DNA of 64,000 bases from an uncultured Clostridia bacterium. Lineage in GTDB: Bacteria; Bacillota; Clostridia; Oscillospirales; Butyricicoccaceae. Positions 43,393 to 53,588 of the stretch are shown in pieces. The stretch covers positions 138,442 through 202,441 of the forward strand of contig CAJUSB010000001.1 in NCBI GenBank assembly GCA_910589115.1, in the 5' to 3' direction. Numbering within the stretch: position 1 is the stretch's first letter; each line of letters opens with the position of its first letter. The position numbers and the translations under genes were made by a program. The notes below the pieces were generated by a model that was not told the DNA's origin, ran no database searches, and worked only from the letters and a program-made list of their open reading frames with translations.

Positions 43393-43549
43393 AACATCCC
43401 TCTGCAAATTTTCAATTACAATCATTATAACAAAATTATCGGCAGCCTACAATCTTTTTTCCGGAAAAAAAGCATTTTTCGCTGCTGCTTTTCTCTGGAA
43501 TGCCAAACACTTCATGCAGAATTTTGCAGACGGACGTCTTTTTTCCATG

Positions 43550-43577
43550 AAAAAACCGCCCCGGCAGGCGGCTTTTT
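43550..43577. terminator. Terminator after the MBL gene
   Basis: A6-CCGCC..GGCGG-T5. Confidence 0.65.
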
Positions 43578-43588
43578 GTTTTGATCTC

Positions 43589-44218
43589 TTATTTTTTCAT
43601 CTGTGCCGGCCGGCCGTGGCCGAAATAAATCGTCTGCGGGGCCAGGGCATTGATTTTCCTGATACTCCGCAGCAGCATCACACGGTTGTGATACAGCAGT
43701 GACGGCCGCGGACGGAACAGGTTCATCATCGCATCGCCAACAATCATGGAGGTTTCGCCCACTGTCAGCCCGATGGAACCACGTGTGTGCCCGGGCAAAG
43801 CAACGACCCGGACATCAAACCCATAGAATGACAGAGAATCCCCGTGATCCAGGAGAACATTGGGTGAAAACGGCGGGATATTGTCGCAACGAAAGCTCCG
43901 CTTTGTGGCGGAAAGCATCAGCCCGCCTAAAAAACCGCTTGAGGAAAGCGGCTGCTGCCAATTATCCTCGAGCAGGGGGATATCGTCACGGTGCATCGCA
44001 ATGGGTGTATGGAGCTCCTTAGACAGAAAAGCGGCATTCTGCACATGATCAACATGACCGTGTGTAAGTACGATCAGCCGGATGGGCGTCCCGATGCAGG
44101 CATTCAGCACTGCATCGCGGTAACGTTCCCGTCCGGTATCCACCAAAATACCGGCAGTATCGTTTCGGATAAGGAAGCAGTTGGCGCTGCCGCACCGGAT
44201 TTGCTGTATGGTTTCCAT
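43589..44218 (-). CDS. MBL-fold hydrolase
   Basis: THGHVDH, PGHT and GH motifs; RBS GAGGTG. Confidence 0.88.
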   Translation of the reverse strand: METIQQIRCGSANCFLIRNDTAGILVDTGRERYRDAVLNACIGTPIRLIVLTHGHVDHVQNAAFLSKELHTPIAMHRDDIPLLEDNWQQPLSSSGFLGGLMLSATKRSFRCDNIPPFSPNVLLDHGDSLSFYGFDVRVVALPGHTRGSIGLTVGETSMIVGDAMMNLFRPRPSLLYHNRVMLLRSIRKINALAPQTIYFGHGRPAQMKK

Positions 44219-44319
44219 GATGTCACCTCTTTGCAGTGATTTTTCAGACTGCAATTTATAAATAGTTCAAAAATGAACCTTTGTCAAACTATATATCAGG
44301 CGCGAGAGATTGAATCCGA

Positions 44320-44477
44320 CCGTTTGCTCCGCCTACGCGGCGAGCGGTCTTACGCAGACAGCGCCAGAGGGACTCGTCCCTCTGGACTCCCTTCCATCGC
44401 CTGCGGGCGGGACGAGAGCCAAGGGAAATCTATTCATCTGTGCTGCTTCATCCCGCCAACAGGACGGCGGGATGAAG
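44320..44477 (-). repeat. REP-like modular repeat, copy C, plus AGGAC-loop hairpin
   Basis: Reverse complement matches copy D at 93/101 nt; hairpin at 44446-44477. Confidence 0.88.
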
Positions 44478-44560
44478 AGGTAGCTGCGGTAAATTTTTCT
44501 GAATATAAGTATAAATTGCCGCAGTCAGCCGATTTATATTTAGTAAGGATTCGGGACTAA

Positions 44561-44623
44561 GAACCTGTATTCACAAGCTCAAAACATCGTCTGAACGGCA
44601 TTCCAGCTTGTGAATACAGGTTC
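44561..44623. mobile_element. 63-bp MITE-like element
   Basis: 19-bp perfect TIRs GAACCTGTATTCACAAGCT, with TAA on both flanks. Confidence 0.6.
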
Positions 44624-44667
44624 TAAATCCACGGTGCGCCTGTCACAAATACTTCTTTTGCAGTCCC

Positions 44668-45195
44668 TTATCCAAGCCTTGGGAAAAGCTCCTGGTCAAT
44701 CGCTGCCTGAAGCGGTGTACCAGTGAATCCGACAGTTGCAAGGCCGTCAATAAAGCGGCTCACCGATGCAAACAGCAGTGAGATATTATCTGCAAAAAAA
44801 GTAATTACCTTTTCAAATTCCAGGCTGGAATCCAACAGTGTATTGTGTTTCAGGTAAATCTGGCCTGCGTCAGGGAAAAAGCCAAAAGCCCCCAACGCAC
44901 TGAAATCATTACAGTATTCACAGGCCTGTCGGGTCACAGGCGCATACATTTCCGGAACGCCGCCAAACAGCGTGACAAAAAATTGCAGAAGCCCGGTAGA
45001 TTCGTTCGGCATTGCTATCGGGATGAAACAGCACTCAATAGAAACATCCTTTTTCACCTTGCCCATTGCCCGGTTTTCGCACCGCAAAAGCAACGGATTT
45101 TCCTCCCCCTGCCGCAGCAGCTCCGCATGAAAACCGTTCTGGTTCAGAACATCAGCCATGCAGCCTAAAATACGTTCCTGCATCTCTCTTTCCAT
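44668..45195 (-). CDS. Hypothetical protein, possibly YbjN/T3SS-chaperone-like fold
   Basis: 10 nt after the purD stop, RBS GAGGA; N....GAFGF..DAGQIYLKH pattern. Confidence 0.6.
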   Translation of the reverse strand: MEREMQERILGCMADVLNQNGFHAELLRQGEENPLLLRCENRAMGKVKKDVSIECCFIPIAMPNESTGLLQFFVTLFGGVPEMYAPVTRQACEYCNDFSALGAFGFFPDAGQIYLKHNTLLDSSLEFEKVITFFADNISLLFASVSRFIDGLATVGFTGTPLQAAIDQELFPRLG

Positions 45196-45205
45196 GTCAA
45201 GTTCC

Positions 45206-46456
45206 TCACTTTACACCAATATCATTTCGGAAGTGCGCATTTTCAAAGGAAATGCGGTGCACATCGCCATATGCCTTTTGAATCGCCTCATCCAGTGTCG
45301 GCGCAACCGCAGTCACACCCAGCACACGGCCGCCGCTGGTAACAGTCATCCCATCCTGTAAAGCCGTCCCTGCGTGGAAAACAAAGGAATCCTTTACCTG
45401 GTCAAGCCCACTGATTACCTTTCCCTTTGTGTAATTTTTCGGGTAACCGCCAGACGCCATCACAACACAACATGCAGCATCCGGCTTCCAACGGATCTCT
45501 ATTTCATCCAGGCGCTTGTCAATCACTGCATCAAAAATCTCGTAGAGATCACTGTCCAGCCGGGACAGGACTGCCTGGGTTTCCGGGTCGCCAAACCGTG
45601 CGTTATACTCGATCACCCGGGGACCCTGCTCCGTCAGCATCAGCCCAAAATAAAGTACCCCCTGGAAAGGCCGGCCTTCCTTTGCCATTGCGTCAATTGT
45701 AGGCTTGAAAATCTGCTCCATGCATTGTTCTGCAATCGCATCCGTATAGAACCGTGAAGGTGAAAACGCACCCATTCCGCCGGTGTTGGGGCCCTCGTCG
45801 TGGTCGTAAGCACGTTTATGATCCTGTGCAGAGGGCATGGTTTTCAGGGTTTTTCCGTCTGTAAAGGCCAGCACAGAAACCTCAGGCCCAGTCAAATACT
45901 GCTCAATAACAACACGGGCACCCGCCTTGCCAAAGCTGCCGCCATCAATAGCATCCTGCACGGCTGAAATTGCTTCTTCCTCCGTCATAGCGACAGTGAC
46001 GCCCTTTCCGAGTGCCAGCCCGTCCGCTTTAATTACAATCGGAGTTCCCTTTTGCCTGATGTATTCTGCCGCAGCATCGGAATCCTCAAAAACCGCATAA
46101 TCTGCTGTCGGAATGCCATATTTTTTCATCAATTCCTTGGCGAATGACTTTGAGCTTTCAATCACAGCCGCGTTTGCTTTCGGCCCAAAGGCCCGCACGC
46201 CGGCAGCTTCCAGTGCATCTACCAGCCCCATTGCCAGCGGGTCGTCAGGGGCAACCATTACCAGATCGGGCTGATGCTGTTTTGCAAATGCAGTGATGCC
46301 GTCAATATCCGTTGCGCCGATTGGTACACATTCGGCGACAGAAGCAATGCCCCCATTGCCGGGTGCACACCAAATATGGTCTACCCGCGGACTCTTGACC
46401 AAAGTGGTGCAAATCGCGTGCTCCCGTCCGCCAGAGCCAATTACTAACACTTTCAT
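45206..46456 (-). CDS. purD: Phosphoribosylamine-glycine ligase
   Basis: GSGGREHA, GPNTGGMG and EYNARFGDPE motifs. Confidence 0.97.
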   Translation of the reverse strand: MKVLVIGSGGREHAICTTLVKSPRVDHIWCAPGNGGIASVAECVPIGATDIDGITAFAKQHQPDLVMVAPDDPLAMGLVDALEAAGVRAFGPKANAAVIESSKSFAKELMKKYGIPTADYAVFEDSDAAAEYIRQKGTPIVIKADGLALGKGVTVAMTEEEAISAVQDAIDGGSFGKAGARVVIEQYLTGPEVSVLAFTDGKTLKTMPSAQDHKRAYDHDEGPNTGGMGAFSPSRFYTDAIAEQCMEQIFKPTIDAMAKEGRPFQGVLYFGLMLTEQGPRVIEYNARFGDPETQAVLSRLDSDLYEIFDAVIDKRLDEIEIRWKPDAACCVVMASGGYPKNYTKGKVISGLDQVKDSFVFHAGTALQDGMTVTSGGRVLGVTAVAPTLDEAIQKAYGDVHRISFENAHFRNDIGVK

Positions 46457-46635
46457 TGGAAAACCTCCTGAAATGTCCTTGGAAATGATTCAAAAATGAT
46501 TTGAGCCAATGGCGGCAAAGGTAATGCCATCCTCACAAATACTGTTCTCATGGCTGCATGATTTCCGGCAAACAGGGAGATTCCCGCACCGTTTCCCCAA
46601 AAGAGTGAGTGCGGGCACTGTCCCCTATATCCTCA

Positions 46636-47811
46636 TCAATGATGGAAAAGCCGCGCGCCTGTAAAGGCCATGACCATGCCATACTTATTTGCCGTTTCGA
46701 TCACATTGTCGTCACGGATGGAACCGCCAGGCTGGACAATAAACTGTACGCCGGATTTACGTGCGCGTTCTACATTGTCCCCGAACGGGAAAAATGCGTC
46801 AGAACCAACGGTAACGCCAGTCTGTTTCGCAATCCAGACCTTTTTTTCCTCTGCTGTCAGCGGGGCCGGACGCATTTTGAATACTGCCTGCCATGCGCCA
46901 TCTGCCAGTACATCCTCATATTCCTCTGAAATATAAACATCAATGGCATTGTCACGGTCGGCACGCCGGATATTGTCCACGAATTGCAGGCCCATTACCT
47001 TCGGATGCTGCCGCAGGAACCAGTTATCTGCCTTCTGCCCTGCCAGGCGCGTACAATGGATTCGGCTCTGCTGCCCTGCGCCGACACCGATGGTTTGTCC
47101 ATTTTTTACATAGCAAACGGAGTTTGACTGCGTGTATTTCAGTGCAATCAGTGACACAATCATATCCAATTTAGCAGATTCCGGCAGATCCTTGTTTACG
47201 GTTACAATATTATCCAGCATCTTTTCATCAATCCGGAGGTCATTATGCCCCTGCTCAAAGGTGATGCCAAAAATATCGCGCTGTTCTATAGGTGCAGGCA
47301 CATAATCCGGGTCAATCTGAATAATATTATAGCCGCCTTTACGCTTGGTTTTCAGAATCGAAAGCGCCTCTTCGGTGTAGGACGGTGCAATGATCCCATC
47401 AGAAACCTCTGTTGACAGCAGTCTGGCAACATCAGCATCACATTCATCCGACAATGCAACCCAGTCACCATAGGAGCACAGGCGGTCGGCGCCGCGTGCA
47501 CGTACATAAGCACAGGCAATACTCGAAAGCGGCTCCTTTGTATCTGTAAAGTACATTGCCTTGTCAGCTTCGCTTAACGGATAGCCCAATGCCGCCCCCG
47601 CCGGTGAAACATGCTTGAAGGAAGCAGCACTCGCCCAGCCGGTCGCCTCTTTCAGCTCGCGTACCAGCTGCCAGGAATTAAATGCATCCATAAAATTGAT
47701 ATAGCCCGGCTTGCCGTTCAGTACGGTGATCGGCAGTTCACCCTCCCTCATAAAAATGCGCGAAGGTTTCTGATTCGGGTTACAGCCGTATTTCAGTTCC
47801 AATTCGGTCAT
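46636..47811 (-). CDS. AICAR formyltransferase, stand-alone (PurH C-terminal part only)
   Basis: LKYGCNPNQ, FKHVSPAG, SDAFFPF and RLFHH motifs; no MGS-like IMPCH domain. Confidence 0.9.
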   Translation of the reverse strand: MTELELKYGCNPNQKPSRIFMREGELPITVLNGKPGYINFMDAFNSWQLVRELKEATGWASAASFKHVSPAGAALGYPLSEADKAMYFTDTKEPLSSIACAYVRARGADRLCSYGDWVALSDECDADVARLLSTEVSDGIIAPSYTEEALSILKTKRKGGYNIIQIDPDYVPAPIEQRDIFGITFEQGHNDLRIDEKMLDNIVTVNKDLPESAKLDMIVSLIALKYTQSNSVCYVKNGQTIGVGAGQQSRIHCTRLAGQKADNWFLRQHPKVMGLQFVDNIRRADRDNAIDVYISEEYEDVLADGAWQAVFKMRPAPLTAEEKKVWIAKQTGVTVGSDAFFPFGDNVERARKSGVQFIVQPGGSIRDDNVIETANKYGMVMAFTGARLFHH

Positions 47812-47824
47812 AATCTCGCTCCTT

Positions 47825-48532
47825 TCAGGCGTGTTTGTTGATGATGACTTCATCCAGGCTACCGTCCCTTAAATCGGTATAGCAGACATAAAGCGCCACC
47901 TTATTTTCCTCATTCAGGCTGTTCCAAAGCAGCGCTGCAAGGGTTTCTGCATCAGGTGCATCGCAGGCAACCAAACGCGGCTCCCCTTCAAATGAAGGCA
48001 GCGGCTCCTGATTCGCCTGATATGTGTGGATAAAATGCCCTGTCCCGGCTGGCGGGTTATCATATTCAAAGAAGCAGCGGTGATTGCAGGAAGGGTCTCC
48101 ATTGGCTGATTTCAGGATGGACAGCTTATAGCTCCCGTCCTTCATCTGCACGCCTGAAATTCTGGGCGTATAGTTCGGCGGGTCGGGCTCAAAGCAGCGC
48201 GACCGGAGTGCACACACATAACATTCTCCCTTTGCCAGGAAGTCACGTATCGTATCGGTCTGGTCACCGTTGGTTACGATCATGCAGTTTTCCGTCCGGC
48301 GTACCGGATGATAGATAATCAGCGAAGGGTCGGTCATCTTTGTTTCATCAAAGGCACGGGTACGGATGCCGTCATCTGTTTTTTCAAATATACGGTTTCG
48401 GCTGTTCTCGCTGCGTCCCATGATGAAATAGGCAGCGATCGCCTTATCTGCATCCTTTGAGCGCCCCAGCAAAATCCCCCGCCCCGGATATTCGTGCCCG
48501 GACAGGATATCCTCCATGCGTTGTAATTTCAT
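47825..48532 (-). CDS. IMP cyclohydrolase, PurO-like
   Basis: YPGRG, YFIMGRSENSRNR, TNGDQTD and YTPRISG motifs. Confidence 0.85.
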   Translation of the reverse strand: MKLQRMEDILSGHEYPGRGILLGRSKDADKAIAAYFIMGRSENSRNRIFEKTDDGIRTRAFDETKMTDPSLIIYHPVRRTENCMIVTNGDQTDTIRDFLAKGECYVCALRSRCFEPDPPNYTPRISGVQMKDGSYKLSILKSANGDPSCNHRCFFEYDNPPAGTGHFIHTYQANQEPLPSFEGEPRLVACDAPDAETLAALLWNSLNEENKVALYVCYTDLRDGSLDEVIINKHA

Positions 48533-48580
48533 ACGATATTCCTTTCACAGTTCCTTATATTCGCCATATTCACTGGAAAC

Positions 48581-49207
48581 TCAGTCCAATATGCGTACAG
48601 TTCCGCCGCTGATTTGCAGCTTGCCCTCGCAGAACAGGGATACCGCACGCGGCAGCAGCTTCCATTCTGCCTCCTGCATGACCCGTTTTTGAAGGCGTTC
48701 GGGCGTATCCCCCGGCAGGATCTCGACCGCTTTTTGCAGGATTATGGCCCCGCCGTCCACCACCTCGGAGACAAAATGGACGGTTGCGCCGGTCACCTTA
48801 ACGCCTTTTGTGAGCGCGGCTTCATGTACGCGCAGCCCGTAGAATCCGGGGCCGCAGAACGAAGGGATTAGAGAAGGGTGAATGTTAATAATACGGCCTT
48901 CAAAGCGGCGGCAGAAATCCGGCGGGAGAACGGTCATAAACCCGGCAAGAACGACCAGGCCTATGCCAAGCTGTCCGAGCATTTCAGCAAGCGCCGCCCC
49001 GTAAGCATCGGTCGAAGCGTAGTCGCGGCGGCACAGTACATAGCTTGGGATAAACGCACGGTTTGCACGTTTGAGGGCATATGCATCCGCATTCGATGAA
49101 ATCACTGCTGAAAGCTCTCCGTTTTTTAGCTCCCCGCGACGTTCCGCATCAATCAGCGCCTGTAGATTGGTTCCGCCGCCTGAAACCATGACTGCGATTT
49201 TTACCAT
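48581..49207 (-). CDS. purN: GAR formyltransferase
   Basis: SGGGTNLQA, NIHPSL and GATVHFV motifs. Confidence 0.96.
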   Translation of the reverse strand: MVKIAVMVSGGGTNLQALIDAERRGELKNGELSAVISSNADAYALKRANRAFIPSYVLCRRDYASTDAYGAALAEMLGQLGIGLVVLAGFMTVLPPDFCRRFEGRIINIHPSLIPSFCGPGFYGLRVHEAALTKGVKVTGATVHFVSEVVDGGAIILQKAVEILPGDTPERLQKRVMQEAEWKLLPRAVSLFCEGKLQISGGTVRILD

Positions 49208-49248
49208 GTGAATCGTTCCTTTTATCCGTAATTCATTCGTCCGGCTGC

Positions 49249-50286
49249 TTAGTGCAGCACAATGCCCTTTTCACCTGCCCTGCACACACCAATCACATAA
49301 CCGGTTTCGCCTGCCGACGAAATTGCATCCAATGCCTTATCGGCATCCTCCTTTGTCACCGCAACGACCAGACCGGCTCCCATATTAAAGGTGTTGTACA
49401 TATCCCGCTCCGGGATTTTGCCGGTTTTTGCAATCAGGTCAAAAATAGGAGGAACCGGGACCGCAGCTTTTTCAATGTCAGCGCAAATCCCCTCGCCCAG
49501 CATACGCGGGATATTTTCGTAAAATCCGCCACCGGTAATATGGCTGATTGCCTTAACATCACAGCAGGCAATCATTTTTTGAATCGTCTTGACATAGATC
49601 TTAGTTGGAGTGAGCAGCTCTTCCCCGAGCGTTTTCCCAAACGCGTCAATGTATTTGCGGACTGATTTTTCATTGATTCCCAGTGTTTTGCGCACCAGGG
49701 AATACCCGTTGGAGTGTACGCCGGAGGATGCTACGCCGATCAGCACATCACCCGGCGTTAAACGTGAGCCGTCAATCATTTTTTCTTTATCAACAATGCC
49801 GACCGAAAAACCCGCTACATCATATTCATTTTCCGGATAGAAGCCCGGCATTTCAGCCGTTTCGCCGCCGATCAGGGCACATCCTGCCTGACGGCAGCCC
49901 TCTGCAATGCCCTTGACGATGTTTGCGACCTTTTCCGGATAATTCCTGCCTACCGCAATATAATCCAAGAAAAACATTGGGGATGCGCCGGAGCAGGCAA
50001 TATCATTCACACACATTGCAACTGCATCAATGCCGATGGTGTCATGCTTGTCCATTAAAAAAGCCAATTTGAGCTTGGTTCCTACACCATCCGTGCCGGA
50101 AACCAGGACCGGTTCCTTCATCCCCTCAAACGAAGGCTTGAACAGCCCGCCAAAGCCGCCCAGCGAACCGATTACGCCTTTGGTAAAGGTTGACTCCACA
50201 TGAGGCTTCATCAGTTTGACAGCCTCATATCCCGCAGTCACATCAACGCCTGCGGCCTTGTAGCTTTCAGAACGGCTTTCTGTCAT
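49249..50286 (-). CDS. purM: AIR synthetase
   Basis: [21 protein letters not shown] and FNMG motifs. Confidence 0.97.
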   Translation of the reverse strand: MTESRSESYKAAGVDVTAGYEAVKLMKPHVESTFTKGVIGSLGGFGGLFKPSFEGMKEPVLVSGTDGVGTKLKLAFLMDKHDTIGIDAVAMCVNDIACSGASPMFFLDYIAVGRNYPEKVANIVKGIAEGCRQAGCALIGGETAEMPGFYPENEYDVAGFSVGIVDKEKMIDGSRLTPGDVLIGVASSGVHSNGYSLVRKTLGINEKSVRKYIDAFGKTLGEELLTPTKIYVKTIQKMIACCDVKAISHITGGGFYENIPRMLGEGICADIEKAAVPVPPIFDLIAKTGKIPERDMYNTFNMGAGLVVAVTKEDADKALDAISSAGETGYVIGVCRAGEKGIVLH

Positions 50287-50415
50287 AATTCAATACTCAC
50301 TTTCAAATATATTTTTGATTATCGAACAGGCCCTAGGGCATATTCCACATACACCGTATTGCCGTCAAAGGGGGAGTTATACTCACTGCGGAAAGACTTG
50401 CCGCAGCCCTGCTTC

Positions 50416-50516
50416 GGCCCTCATCCCGCCCGCAGGCGATGGAAGGGAGTCCAGAGGGACGAGTCCCTCTGGCGCCGTCTGCGCAAGACCGCCCGCCGCG
50501 CAGGCGGATAAAACGG
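50416..50516 (+). repeat. REP-like modular repeat, copy D (inside the pur operon)
   Basis: TCCCGCCCGCAGGCGATGGAAGGGAGTCCAGAGGGACGAGTCCCTCTGG... Confidence 0.88.
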
Positions 50517-50580
50517 CAATCTCCAGCGCTCACGAGTATAAACCGATTTTTTCCCCGTCACGCGCCTGTCCGGCAGGCTT

Positions 50581-52002
50581 TTATTCCTTCCCGTTCCAGC
50601 AGTAAGTGCAGACCTTGGAACGGTCAAGCCCGATTGCTTCCAGCAGTCCGTCCAGCGTCTGGTAACCGAGCGAACTGAACCCAAATTCCTCACAGATTGA
50701 GCGGAGCATACACTGGCCGCGTTCGGTGTTTGCGTCTGCATATTCTTCCAGATGCTGCTGGCCTTCATCGCCCTCCAGCTTCTGCACCGTTTTCCGCGCC
50801 AGAAGTTCCATTTCCGAATTGCTGGAAGAAAAATTGAGATATTTGCAGCCGTACATAATAGGCGGACAGGCCGAACGCATATGCACCTCTTTTGCACCGC
50901 TTTCGTACAGGAATTCAACCGTTTCACGCAGCTGCGTGCCACGTACAATCGAATCATCCACAAAGAGCAGCTTTTGCCCCTCAATCAGTTCGGGGACAGG
51001 GATCTGTTTCATCTTTGCCACCTGATTGCGGATATCCTGGTTGGTCGGCATGAAGGAACGCGGCCAAGTTGGTGTGTATTTGATAAACGGGCGCGCAAAT
51101 GGGATATTCCCCGCATTTGCATAACCGATTGCATGAGGGATGCCGGAATCCGGCACACCGGCAACATAATTCACATCCTGTGCAAGTCCCCGCTCCTGGT
51201 CGATCTTTGCAAGCAGCTCGCCGTTACGGTAGCGCATCACTTCCACATTCCGGCCCTCATAATTGGAATTCGGATAGCCGTAATAGGTCCACAGGAAAGA
51301 GCATATCCGCATATCTTCCCCGGGAGGCGACAAGGTTTCAAAGCCGTCTGCCGTCACTTTCACGATTTCCCGAGGCCCGAGCTCGTAGGAATCAACATAG
51401 CCGAGTTTGTGATAGGCAAATGATTCAAAGGATACGCAGCAGCCTTCCGCACTCTGTCCAATCAGTACCGGAAGCCGTCCCAGGCGGTCACGCGCCGCAA
51501 TGATCGCATCCGGCGTCAATACCAGGATTGTTGCCGAACCGTCGATTTCTTCCTGTGCATGAAGGATGCCGGAAACCAGATCCGGCTTTTCATTGATCAG
51601 TGCTGCAATCAGTTCGGTCTGATTGACCTTGCCGGAGCTCATTGCCATAAACTGGTGCCCGTGATCGGAAAAGTAGCGTGAAACCAGTTCCTCCGCGTTG
51701 TTCACAATGCCAACGGTTGTCAATGCATACAGGCCGATATGCGAACGCACCAGCAGCGGCTGCGGGTCGGTATCGCTAATACAGCCGATTCCGCTGTTCC
51801 CGTGAAAATCCCGCAGATCATGTTCAAATTTCGTGCGGAAGGGAGTATTTTCAATGTTGTGTATCTGACGCTGGAATCCGGTTTGATGATCGTATATAAT
51901 CATGCCGCCGCGCCGTGTACCGAGGTGTGAGTGATAATCGACCCCGAAAAAGATGTCTAAAACGCAGTCCCGTTTGGAAATTGCGCCAAAAAAGCCGCCC
52001 AT
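50581..52002 (-). CDS. purF: Amidophosphoribosyltransferase, Cys-less N-terminus variant
   Basis: VPDSG and VDDSIVRGT motifs, Fe-S cysteines, but starts MGGFFG. Confidence 0.9.
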   Translation of the reverse strand: MGGFFGAISKRDCVLDIFFGVDYHSHLGTRRGGMIIYDHQTGFQRQIHNIENTPFRTKFEHDLRDFHGNSGIGCISDTDPQPLLVRSHIGLYALTTVGIVNNAEELVSRYFSDHGHQFMAMSSGKVNQTELIAALINEKPDLVSGILHAQEEIDGSATILVLTPDAIIAARDRLGRLPVLIGQSAEGCCVSFESFAYHKLGYVDSYELGPREIVKVTADGFETLSPPGEDMRICSFLWTYYGYPNSNYEGRNVEVMRYRNGELLAKIDQERGLAQDVNYVAGVPDSGIPHAIGYANAGNIPFARPFIKYTPTWPRSFMPTNQDIRNQVAKMKQIPVPELIEGQKLLFVDDSIVRGTQLRETVEFLYESGAKEVHMRSACPPIMYGCKYLNFSSSNSEMELLARKTVQKLEGDEGQQHLEEYADANTERGQCMLRSICEEFGFSSLGYQTLDGLLEAIGLDRSKVCTYCWNGKE

Positions 52003-52042
52003 AGGCCCTCCTTAGTTTTCCTTTTTTCCGTAATCCATATGA

Positions 52043-52079
52043 CCTGTTCAGCGCACGGCTGTGCTGTGCGCTGAACAGG
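52043..52079. other. Strong intergenic hairpin between purC and purF (no U tract)
   Basis: CCTGTTCAGCGCAC / GTGCGCTGAACAGG, 14 bp. Confidence 0.6.
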
Positions 52080-52092
52080 CGGTGTTACCGCT

Positions 52093-52803
52093 TCATTTAC
52101 CCAGCAGACGGCGGGACATTTCCTGATACGCGCCCTCTACATTGCCAAGGTCGCGGCGGAAACGGTCCTTATCGAGCTTTTCGCCGGTCTTTACGTCCCA
52201 GAACCGGCAGGTATCCGGCGAGATCTCATCGGCCAGTACAATCGTGCCATCAGACAGCTTGCCAAACTCCAGTTTGAAATCTACCAGCGTAATACCGCAT
52301 TCCAGCAACGTCTTTTTCAGGAAATCGTTGACTGCAAAAGCATATTTCTTGATCAGTTCGATTTCTTCCCAGGTTGCGAGCTTGAGCGCGACCGCATGAT
52401 AGTCGTTTATCAACGGGTCGCCAAGCGCGTCATCCTTATAAGAAAACTCAATCGTAGGCTGCTCGAATGCAATGCCTTCCTCTACACCGTAGCGCTTTGA
52501 AAAGGAACCGGCGGAAAGATTGCGGATAATTACCTCAAGCGGGACAATCGAAACTTTTTTTACAGCGGTTTCACGCTCAGAAAGTTCCTCTACATAATGC
52601 GTTGGTATGCCGGACGCTTCCAGCTTCCGCATCAGGTGATTAGTCATTTGGTTATTGATGACGCCTTTGCCGGTGATAGTGCCCTTTTTTTCACCGTTAA
52701 ATGCTGTAGCATCGTCCTTATAATCAACAATGACAACCTGCGGGTCATCGGTCGCAAAAACCTTCTTTGCCTTGCCCTCATAAAGCTGTTCTTTTTTAAC
52801 CAT
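52093..52803 (-). CDS. purC: SAICAR synthetase
   Basis: LYEGKAK, DFKLEFG, DEISPD and DKDRFR motifs. Confidence 0.97.
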   Translation of the reverse strand: MVKKEQLYEGKAKKVFATDDPQVVIVDYKDDATAFNGEKKGTITGKGVINNQMTNHLMRKLEASGIPTHYVEELSERETAVKKVSIVPLEVIIRNLSAGSFSKRYGVEEGIAFEQPTIEFSYKDDALGDPLINDYHAVALKLATWEEIELIKKYAFAVNDFLKKTLLECGITLVDFKLEFGKLSDGTIVLADEISPDTCRFWDVKTGEKLDKDRFRRDLGNVEGAYQEMSRRLLGK

Positions 52804-52870
52804 AGCCTTGTCCTCCTCTATATTGAAAGCATTTTCAAACCGCTCTATTTTGAACCAAACAGCCGCTCCC

Positions 52871-53365
52871 CTAATCTGAAAACCGCGCGCGCACTGCCTC
52901 ATCCTTCGCAGAAACTTCCGCTGCCAGCTCTGACTTGAAAGCCGCAAGCCTGTCCGTCAGCGCCGGATCGGAAATTGCCAGTATCTGCGCCGCAAGGATT
53001 GCAGCATTATCCGCGCCATCAATCGCTACAGATGCAACCGGAATGCCCTTTGGCATTTGAACAATGGAGAGCAGGCTGTCCATGCCGCCCATGACCGAGG
53101 TCCCCATCGGCACGCCGATCACCGGAAGGGTCGTGTAAGCGGCCAGCACGCCGCCCAGATGGGCTGCCTTCCCAGCCGCCGCGATAATCACGCCAAAGCC
53201 GTCTGCCGCTGCGTTTTTCGCAAGCTGCTCGGCTGCTGCCGGGGTGCGGTGCGCCGAAATAATGCGTACCTCAAACGGGATCTCAAAGGAACGCAGACGG
53301 TTCACGCACGCTTCCATGACTTTCAAATCGCTGTCAGAACCCATTACAATGCATACTTTTTTCAT
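52871..53365 (-). CDS. purE: N5-CAIR mutase / AIR carboxylase
   Basis: MGSDSD, SAHRTP and AAHLGG motifs. Confidence 0.96.
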   Translation of the reverse strand: MKKVCIVMGSDSDLKVMEACVNRLRSFEIPFEVRIISAHRTPAAAEQLAKNAAADGFGVIIAAAGKAAHLGGVLAAYTTLPVIGVPMGTSVMGGMDSLLSIVQMPKGIPVASVAIDGADNAAILAAQILAISDPALTDRLAAFKSELAAEVSAKDEAVRARFSD

Positions 53366-53381
53366 GCTGTTTCCTCCTGCC

Positions 53382-53413
53382 AAAAAATAAGGCAGGACGC
53401 AAGGACGTCCTGC
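53382..53413 (-). terminator. Attenuator-like terminator in the purE leader
   Basis: GCAGGACG/CGTCCTGC followed by CTTATTTTTT. Confidence 0.65.
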
Positions 53414-53423
53414 TCTGTGCACT

Positions 53424-53528
53424 TTAGGGTACAAAAATGCCTGCAAAAATCCCGTAACAGGATTCTGCCGCCATATATTTTCGCTTGTGCGCAGGCAGAC
53501 AGACTAATGCCAGCTTGTTCTGTTCCAC
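53424..53528 (-). CDS. Candidate 34-aa leader peptide of the pur operon
   Basis: AAAGGGAGG-8-GTG; MEQNKLALVCLPAHKRKYMAAESCYGIFAGIFVP; stop lies 10 nt before the terminator stem. Confidence 0.55.
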   Translation of the reverse strand: MEQNKLALVCLPAHKRKYMAAESCYGIFAGIFVP

Positions 53529-53588
53529 TGGAACCGCCTCCCTTTCCTGCTTCAAAAAAATATGACTCCAGTCTAAAATTACATCTCT

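Noticed and set aside
46457..46635. Short GTG-started ORF and small hairpin between the AICARFT gene and purD
   Set aside because: Weak RBS, no recognisable motif and no terminator
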